Assembly: GCA_964016885.1 (NCBI GenBank)
Contig: OZ024761.1
Location: 18,166,001-18,230,000, forward strand
DNA from: Eledone cirrhosa
Taxonomy: Eukaryota
DNA: 64,000 nt
Direction of reading: 5' to 3'
Shown: in pieces, positions 1 through 8,130 of the stretch
How the letters are laid out: every line of letters starts with the position of its first letter
Numbering within the stretch: position 1 is the stretch's first letter
Notes under the pieces: model-generated
What the model was told of the DNA's origin: nothing
Seen by the model: the letters and a program-made list of their open reading frames with translations, nothing else
Database searches by the model: none
Position numbers and translations under genes: made by a program

Positions 1-1
1 G

Positions 2-256
2 CTAATTGCATCTAGTACCCGAGTAAGAGATTTGGCTGCTGTGTCTAGCAGGTTTAGAGCCTACTATTTTCCAACATTTTTGTTTTACACCCTTCCCTGT
101 GAACTCGATTTCAAATTACCGGGCAGTTGCTTGAACAGGGGGTAAACTGAAATATTTACACCGGCAACTTAATTAGTGTTACACTGCTTTTGCTCATGCA
201 TTAACTATTTGGCATTCCTAAATAAAAGGTACTGTTTTCTATGCCGTTTGAAATAG
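2..256 (+). pseudogene. Family-A gene relic (unidentified; F-box-tail-like motif), cut by the window start
   Basis: One frame reads LIASSTRVRDLAAVSSRFRAYYFPTFLFYTLPCELDFKLPGSCLNRG*TEIFTPAT*LVLHCFCSCINYLAFLNKRYCFLCRLK*. It has two internal stops and synonymous differences from its paralogs. Confidence 0.5.
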
Positions 257-507
257 AGTATGTGTACATACACGCATTTCTAAACAGTTTGACATTTATT
301 CATATGAGGTAATGAATTTATTTAGACTCCGTCTGTTTTAGAATATATATACTCACAACACATACATAAATTAATGGTTTTCTCTGTGATATGCTATTAA
401 CGTTTTTTACGAAAAAGCTTATTGTATGTGTAGTTGTACATGCATTGAATTTAATATAACACGCCATTTGGGGCACAAATATTAATTATATTTTATATAC
501 ACATACG

Positions 508-508
<1 letters not shown>

Positions 509-542
<34 letters not shown>
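509..542. repeat. (TA)n microsatellite
   Basis: Perfect TA run. Confidence 0.95.
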
Positions 543-545
<3 letters not shown>

Positions 546-1448
546 AGACACATTTGTGCGTATCTTTGTGTAGCTACAGTTACAGGTGATCCCCCCCCCC
601 CCACCCCAAGTACTTTATACTGTAACAAGGATGGTCTGAGTTATATTTTATTCCAGAATTAAATACATTGTGAAAGAAAGTAAGAGGGAAGACACTGTTG
701 CAGCATTCATATAAACTTTATTGGCATATTAGAATTGTTTCAATATCGATAGCTTGGGGTGTGTGTATTTTCGCATGAAATCAAGTTACTCGGTAGTACA
801 ATCAAGCAGAGAGACTATAAAAACGCTACACCGGTGGCATATGTAGTTTTACACCGGTACAACGTACATGATAGAGGTAAAGTTTTATTTGTCTTCTGTG
901 TTAGAGTATAACTAGTTTGACTTATTAAATTTATAGTATATGTTTGTTATATATATTTTTAACTATGCAATGATAGCATCTCAGTCACTAATTTCATCTC
1001 TTTGGAGGTAACTGCTCTGATGTCATCTCTTCCACTAAGACACTCTCCATAGCCTTGCCTCTCCTCGTAACATCACCCAAAGTTGTATCAATCTCCACAA
1101 AGCCAACACTTCTCATTATGTCTAAGAAAGCCACCTCAAGCAAGTGTTTCGACGTGTGTGTGTGTAGAATAAACGCATGGTTTGACGGAACAAGAAAATA
1201 AAAAATATTCCTTCAAATATATATATTGTATTATATTAAGGAGTTTCTGGAAATTAAAAAACAATGAAAGTGACCCCTAAATTTAACGTCACTTTGATAT
1301 TAACAGACATTCTTCATCTTCATAGTAAGTTAAATCAAGGGTTTACTACTTAGTGTATTTATGTGTCTTTGTCTCATCTCCAAATAAAGTTTTAAATGGT
1401 ATTTACATATATATTTATACACACATACATACAAATATATATATTTCT

Positions 1449-1689
1449 ATGAGTCACGGTTTATTACACATTGGAGACAGAGTGAGAGATTTAGCTTTCA
1501 TTTTTAGCAGATTTAGAAACTTTGCAAACGCTTTATTTTTTTCTTATTGCCGGTACTCTGAACACGATTTGAAATGACTGGAGTGAGTTTATAAAAGGGT
1601 AAACTGAAATAGTTGCACCGGTAATATATTTAGTGTTCTCTTTCGCATTCGTCTGCAAGCGGTAACGTTTTCTATGCCGTCTCTGTTAG
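1449..1689 (+). pseudogene. Family-A gene relic, plus-strand copy (at the start of every unit)
   Basis: [25 protein letters not shown]...EHDLK*...TEIVAPVIYLV...FLCRLC*, with stops and frameshifts; homologous to 2-256. Confidence 0.5.
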
Positions 1690-2127
1690 TGTAGAACTGT
1701 AGGTTGACTTGCTTGGGTTTTACAAATGTTTGTCAACATGCATATTATTATTATTATATACTTTCAAACACACTTACATATATTATATTTATAAACATAT
1801 AGGATTTTACTAAGTTTTTATTCTTTCTAATGTGAAGAGATAGAAATAATAAGTTAAAGCTAAAGTATAATGATATAACAACAGTATATAATAGTTTTCT
1901 CCACTTTATTGAGATGCAAACGTTTTAAAGAAAAAACATGACAGTATAAGAAATATTTAATATCATAACATATAATATTTCAGGTAGGATGGTCGTTTCT
2001 CGTGTCTTCCAGCTCTAGTTGTAGATTCTTCATGTCCTCTCTGGCCATAATTATGTCGTCGACATATGCATAAGTTTGATTTCTTCTTGAATGAATTGCA
2101 AATCTTGAGGTAGCCGTCTTGGTACAT

Positions 2128-2997
2128 TTATTAGCTTTAATTCGTGCTTACACTGCTTGTAATAATTCGTACGTTTTTTTTTTACTTTGGATGAAACATA
2201 TATATATAAAAACGTCTGTGGCTTTAGTATACCTTTCAGTTTGATTCCAATAGAAAAATACTTACTGAACATGTGTAACACAATTATAACTGGTACTACT
2301 AAGTTCCTAGCCACGAGAAAATCTATTTGATAGAAGTTATTTCTTAGTTCTATGCACTGTCAATATCCCTTCTACTTTTTATATGCTTGTGTTTGTTAAA
2401 GAAACATTCTCTGATTTAGAAACCACGATCTTCTCGCACCACCGTTGTAGTAATTCTTGTTAAATGTTTTGTCTGGTCTATTGTCAATAAGTGGCCTTGT
2501 TTTCTGATTATTAATAAAGTTAAGTGGTCTATTGAATTGTCTTCATTATTGCCTATTTATAAGTTTTGTTTAACTGCCGATAACTTTAAAATGTATTTCT
2601 TAGGTTGCTTAGGCCTACAAACCTTATATCAGTGTCCCTTCTTTTGACACTTTCTACGAGTGAATCCTTAAATTGACATTTTATTTTCGGTTGTACTGCC
2701 TTATCCCACCTATAACAGCTTGAAGCAGATATAGTAAAAACAGTGGAGACTAATATGAGTTATGTTGAATATAATTGTTGAGGTTTATTCAATCTAAGAG
2801 AAGAAAAAGGAATTATAAGTAAAGTGCAAAATTAACGTTTAAAGACAAGAAAAGTATTTCTTTCTCTCTGGCAAAATAAATCGGCTGCTTTTAGACCTAG
2901 AGGAGGGGAGGATTGACTCAGTCAGGTTTAAATGCCCACATGACGGTAATTCCGGCACCCCTACAACAACAGTTAAGTGTCTATAACCACCACGCAT
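2128..2997 (-). pseudogene. Family-B gene relic, copy 1 (unidentified, disrupted)
   Basis: MRGGYRHLTVVVGVPELPSCGHLNLTESILPSS...ISASSCYRWDKAVQPKIKCQFKDSLVESVKRR..., with many stops; paralogous to 3339-3901. Strand is uncertain. Confidence 0.4.
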
Positions 2998-3084
2998 TTA
3001 TGAGACTAAAAACCTTGCTAGTGTATTTTTATTTTGGTACAAAAGTTTAAATAATTTCATCAGTTTTAAATTCAAGTAAGTCCA

Positions 3085-4385
3085 ATATAATGTATTTAAA
3101 CGAATCTATAGATAGGATTTCAATATCTGCCAGAGCTTATGAAATAGTAAAACAATTTTTTTTTTTCAATTATATCAAATTCCATAAGTTGTTCTTTATT
3201 AAAGAAATGCTAAAATAGATTTAGTTAGTATGACTCTGAACTGTGTTCAGAAACGGTAATGTTATGTTTTGCTGAGAGCCTGTCTGTCTTACAGTATGTT
3301 TACACACAATACATACATGCATATACATAAATTAATTGTTTATTAGCTATATTCTTCTGTTTACACTCCTCGTAATAATTCGAGCGGTTTTGTTTTTGTT
3401 TTTTCTTCAGGAGAGACGTAGATAGAAAAACGTTTGTGGCTTTAGTATTGCTTATTTTTAAGTTTTGTTTAATTGCCGATAAATTTGAAATATATTTGTT
3501 AGGTTTCTTAGAACTACAAATCTTTCTTATGACACGTACTACGGAATAAATTCTTAGCTGGATACTTTACTTTGTGATTACTTTCCTCCCAAAGCCATAA
3601 CAGCTTGAATCAGATGTAGCAAAAACTTGTGAAGACTGACATGAGTTATGTTGAATATAAGTGTAGACGTAAAATATTTTTGTTTATTCAATCTAAAGGG
3701 AAGGAAAAAGAATTTTAAGTCAAGTGCAAAATTAACGTTTAAAGGCATAAGAAAGGTATCTCGCTTTCTCTCCTGTAAAATAAATAGGCTGTTTTTAGAC
3801 CAGGAGGATGGGAGGATTGACTCAGTCAGATTTAAATGTACATATGACGGCAAATACGACAGTCCTACAAGAACAGTTAAGAGTCTATAACAACCATGCA
3901 TTTAAGAGACTGAAAACCTTACTAATTTGTTTTTATTTTGGTACTTGAAAACAAAATTTAAAAACAAATTATATATTTAATTTCATGTAAGTCAAATACA
4001 ATGTATTTAAATGAATCTACAGATGGAGTTGCAATATCTGCCAGGACTTTGGAAATAGGGAAATATATAATTTGTTAAATTAAAACTACTTTTCAAAGGA
4101 ATAATAAAGATATATATACACACACACACACACAGACATCTCTAGTGGAGATATTTCTGAGATTGGAAACCCTATCGATGTATGTATTTTGTCACTGAAA
4201 AGTTATCAAAAAATTATTATTATATATACATGTTTGTGTTTTTGACGTAAGTAAAACGAATCTATATACGAGGTTTTCGATACCTGCCAGAGCTTATGAA
4301 ATAGTAAAAGAATATTTTTATTTTTCAATTATATCAAACATCGTATGTGGTTCTTTATTAAAGAAATGCTAAAATAGATTTAAAT
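3085..4385 (+). repeat. Three dispersed copies of a non-coding module (~3085-3225, ~3985-4070, ~4248-4385)
   Basis: GAATCTA..GAT.GG..TT.CAATATCTGCCAG occurs three times (third copy more diverged). Copies 1 and 3 continue GAGCTTATGAAATAGTAAAA...TTCTTTATTAAAGAAATGCTAAAATAGATTTA. Confidence 0.8.
3339..3901 (-). pseudogene. Family-B gene relic, copy 2 (107-aa minus ORF 3578-3901 overlapping the 80-aa plus ORF 3648-3890)
   Basis: Direct paralog of copy 1 but lacking ~320 bp internally. Shares the ATG position and a downstream AATAAA. Third-position differences fit both overlapping frames. Confidence 0.4.
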
Positions 4386-4740
4386 ATATGAAATTTGCAC
4401 AGTAGAATTACGGCCGCTTGGCGGGCGTCTGGTAAAGTGGTGGTAGTGTAGGTTCGAGCGGAGGGGAAACTAAAAAGGTGGCCCCGGCTAGCTCAGAAGA
4501 TAGAGACCAATCTCTTAAATTAAAAAAATAAAAATGTTTTAAACATAAGATAAAGTAGAAGATCGAAACCCAATATCCAAATCTATACACACTCAATTAA
4601 TGCATAGATACACCACAACTACCCACACGACCACCTACAGACCAACAATTACAGAGTGAAAATAAACACATTTAAAGCTATTTTATTGTTAGACTAAAAA
4701 TAAGTTTATATATGTAAATATTCAATTGAAAATCACTTCA

Positions 4741-4811
4741 GTCTTTATAGTCTAGTGGTAAAACATAGGACTGGGGAATGCCGTGGTTGGATTTCGAATC
4801 AACTTAAAACA
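4741..4811 (+). pseudogene. Degenerate tRNA-like / tRNA-derived Pol III element (copies start at 11390, 17672, 23932, 30185, 36423, 42700, 48978, 55262, 61503)
   Basis: 71 nt. A-box-like TAGTCTAGTGG; D-arm GTCT-AGTGGTA-AGAC in most units; TTCGAATC B-box core; 5/7 acceptor pairs; T-run just downstream. The anticodon stem is broken. Confidence 0.45.
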
Positions 4812-5530
4812 TTAATTTTTTTTATCCTCACACTGTTAGGAATTTGTTTGATTTGAACACGTAGTCATACCATTTAAAGCTTTATTTTTCTCTTTCTAGT
4901 GGTAACACAGTCAGCATATAAGTAAACGTGATTCACTTCAACACGTTGCCATACCATTTAAAACTTTATTTGGAGATGAGACAAAGACACATAAATACAC
5001 CAAGTAGTAAACCCTTGATTTAACTTACTATGAAGATGAAGAATGTCTTAATATCAAAGTGACGTTAAATTTAGGGGCCACTTTCATTGTTTTTAATTTA
5101 CAGAAACTCCTTAATATAACACAATGTACAAGATATATATATATATCAGAAGGAATATTTTTTTATTTTCTTGTTCCGTCAAACCTTGCGTTTATTCTAC
5201 ACACACACACACGTCGAAACACTTGCTTGAGGTGGCTTTCTTAGACATAATGAGAAGTGTTGGCTTTGTGGAGATTGATACAACTTTGGGTGATGTTACG
5301 AGGAGGGGCAAGGCTATAGAGAGTGTCTTAGTGGAAGAGATGATATCAGAGCAGTAACCACCAAAGAGATGAAATTAGTGACTGAGATGCTATCATTGCA
5401 TAGTTAAGAATATATATAACAAACATATACTATAAATTTAACAAGTCAAACTACAGTTATACTCTTACACGGAAGACAAATAAAACTTTACCTCTATCAT
5501 GCACGTCGTATCCAGTGTGTTGTTATAATA

Positions 5531-5860
5531 AAACCGGTGAAACACTAAATATGCCACCAGTGTAGCGATTTTATACTCTCTCTGCTTCATCGTACCACCC
5601 AGTAACATGAAACTGTGTTCAAATCCCTGGGAGGTAGAATTACGTCGCTTTAAATAAACACACTGGGGTCAGTTTGAATATTGATTTCATGTGAAAAATA
5701 TAAACATATTATGATTGTACTCCGAACTATCAATATTGAAACAATTCTAATGCGCCAATAAAATTTATATATATATACAGCAACAGTGTTTTCGATCTTT
5801 CTTACTTTTTTTATTCACATTCTACAGTCACTTTAACTCTGTAATAAAACCCAACACGAG
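5531..5860 (-). pseudogene. Highly diverged family-A-related relic (every unit; inverted counterpart at ~665-870)
   Basis: Minus strand EHSFMLLGG...YKIATLVAYLVFHRF aligns with ELDFKLPG...TEIxTPVxYLVLHRY. Only the 5531-5620 core aligns clearly. Confidence 0.35.
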
Positions 5861-6086
5861 ACGAACGTTAACTGCAGTTACCCACGAAATTAACGCACAC
5901 ACAAATGAATATACTACCAAAATGTATTTAAAATAAAAAAATAAATACTTAAATTCAATGTATGTATAATTACACATACAATATGTTTTGTTGTAAGACC
6001 CTAAATAATGATTTAAGAAATGATGTTAATCTCTTTGTACAGAGATAAACATTAATTTATGTATATGCATTGTGTGTGCGTATATA

Positions 6087-6361
6087 CTCCATTTAAGACA
6101 GCGAAAAAACCAGTACCTCCTTCGAAGAATGCCAAATAGTTTATGCCTCAGGGATACCGGTGTAACACTAATTAAGTTACCGGTGTAGATATTTCAGTTG
6201 AACCCTGCTTCAACAAACTACCCGGTAATTTGAAATCGAGTTTAGAGTGAGGGGTGTAAAACAGAATTCTGTTTGGAAAATAGTAAATTCTAAACCTGCT
6301 AGAAATAGCAGCCAAATGTCGTACTTTGGGTACGAGGTGCGACTCGTCTTACCTCTTCTAA
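6087..6361 (-). pseudogene. Family-A gene relic, minus-strand copy (every unit)
   Basis: LEEVRRVAP..KVRHLAAISSRFRIYYFP...TEISTPVT*LVLHRYP*GINYLAF, frameshifted. Confidence 0.5.
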
Positions 6362-6449
6362 TATATATATATATGTGTGTGTGTGTAGAATCACGGGTCG
6401 CGTCGGAGAGAAACCACAATAAATACAATGTACTCAATAGATTGGCACA

Positions 6450-6486
<37 letters not shown>

Positions 6487-6710
6487 GGTGTGTGTGTACA
6501 TATAAATATGTGTGTGTGTATGTATATATATATATATGTATAAATGCATATATACGTATAAATACTTATATATATACATAAACATATCTATACATACATA
6601 CATATATAGATATATATGTGTGTATATATATATATCTGTGTGTCTATTTCTATATATATATATAATTATTACTTAGGTTCTAAGGAATATTCGGCGAATG
6701 TCGGGGTTTA

Positions 6711-6750
<40 letters not shown>

Positions 6751-6761
6751 ATACATATATA
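6360..6761. repeat. Compound (TA)n/(TG)n microsatellite block left of the palindrome (every unit)
   Basis: Directly visible; lengths vary among units. Confidence 0.95.
6664..6715 (+). mobile_element. Short stub of a related TIR end; only in units 1, 8 (~50880-50928) and 10 (~63404-63451)
   Basis: GAATATTCGGCGAATGTCGGGGTTTACTG|TA matches CGAATGCCGGGGGGTAACTG|TA ending at 7377. Confidence 0.45.
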
Positions 6762-7138
6762 TTACTTTCACTGTTATTTCTAGCATGAAAAAGAAAAACC
6801 GGAAGTGGAGAAAATTGAAAAATTTCTTCTTTTTCCCCCCTTTAACTTTTCAAACAAAAGGAAATTTTATGTAAACAAAAACGAAATTTTTGCCAAGAAA
6901 GATAACTCTTCTCTGACTTAAATCCAAAATTGGGATACAAAAAAAATTCAGCAATTTTTTGTATCCCAATTTTGGATTTAAGTCAGATAAGAGTTATCTT
7001 TCTTGGCAAAAATTTCGTTTTTGTTTACATAAAATTTCCTTTTGTTTGAAAAGTTAAAGGGGGGAAAAAGAAGAAGTTTTTCAATTTTCTCCACTTCCGG
7101 TTTTTTCTAGTGTATACTAGAAATAGCAGTCAAAGCAA
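6762..7138. repeat. 377-bp palindrome (fold-back or MITE-like), unit 1
   Basis: TTACTTTCACTGTTATTTCTAG...CCGGAAGTGGAGAAAATTG...GGGATACAAAA, a ~4-nt loop near 6950, then TTTTGTATCCC...CAATTTTCTCCACTTCCGG...CTAGAAATAGCAGTCAAAGCAA. The inner ~155 bp pair almost perfectly; (TA)n on both sides. Confidence 0.95.
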
Positions 7139-7149
7139 TATATATATAT

Positions 7150-7377
7150 GCCTTTTTGTGACAATATATATTGTTTTAACGCTAGATTATTAACAACAAT
7201 ATATTGTATTTGTTGGCCTATTGGACGCATAAGACGCTCACTCGATTTTTATTATATTTTACGTTGTATTTTGAGGTTTATAGGATTTTCTATGGACCAC
7301 CTACAATATTCGCGATTTTTCTCTATTCTCGGGTTCTCTAGGACTGTAAACCTCACGAATGCCGGGGGGTAACTGTA
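7150..7377 (-). mobile_element. Tc1/mariner (Tigger/pogo-like) terminal fragment, in every unit
   Basis: Minus strand TA|CAGTTACCCCCCGGCATTCGTGAGGTTTACAGTCCTAGAGAACCCGAGAATAGAGAAAAATCGCGAATA resembles Tigger-type ends recalled from memory (not database-checked). No transposase present. Confidence 0.5.
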
Positions 7378-7579
7378 TATGAATATATCGACTAATAATA
7401 TACAGTATAATTGTACTAGTATGCATATACATAGCAATGTATATACATATTTACACATATATGTACATATATATATATATAGACACACATGTATATATAG
7501 ACACACATGTATATATATTTATATATATATGCATGTATGTATATATGTATACATATATATACATATATATATATGCATG

Positions 7580-7677
<98 letters not shown>

Positions 7678-8009
7678 TAGATGTATATATATATATATAT
7701 ACATAGACATGTGTGTGTGTGTGTGTATGTACATTCTTAGGTACATACATATATATTTATACACACATACATACAAATATATATATTTCTATGAGTCACG
7801 GTTTATTACACATTGGAGACTAATAATATACAGTATAATTGTACGAGTATGCATATACATAGCAATATATATACATATTTACACATATATGTACATATAT
7901 ATATATAGACACACATGTATATATATATCGACACACATGTATATATATATATATATGCATGTATGTATATATGTATACATATATATACATATGCATGTAT
8001 GTATATATG

Positions 8010-8043
<34 letters not shown>

Positions 8044-8130
8044 CATAGACATGTGTGTGTGTGTGTATGTACATTCTTAGGTATATACATATATATTTAT
8101 ACACACATACATACAAATATATATATTTCT
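7378..8130. repeat. Compound (TA)n/(TG)n/(CA)n microsatellite block right of the palindrome (every unit; duplicated in unit 1)
   Basis: Directly visible; source of the IYIYIY ORFs. Confidence 0.95.

Larger units (their letters stand above)
1..1402 (-). repeat. Inverted partial copy of the repeat unit flanking the array
   Basis: ~880-1402 is the close reverse complement of ~4951-5500. 1-870 is a much more diverged reverse complement of ~5530-6335. Confidence 0.93.
1403..8084 (+). repeat. Unit 1 (most divergent, with internal duplication)
   Basis: Anchor at 1451; private deletions near 1637, 2742 and 4480; tandem duplication 7393-8160. Confidence 0.93.

Noticed and set aside
2-256. Ichnovirus rep protein, or an alternative genetic code rescuing the stops
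   Set aside because: The His/Cys motifs I recall for rep proteins are not seen. The relics contain TAA, TAG and TGA plus frameshifts, which no single code change repairs.
4660-4970. CRISPR-like repeats (CATTTAAAGCT / CATACCATTTAAA, three times)
   Set aside because: Degenerate, irregularly spaced, eukaryotic context and no cas genes; these are small internal duplications.
5124-5400. CDS LLEVAFLDIMRSVGFVEIDTTLGDVTRRGKAIESVLVEEM
   Set aside because: The composition looks coding, but the 5' frame differs among units, strand and frame are ambiguous, and I recognise no domain.
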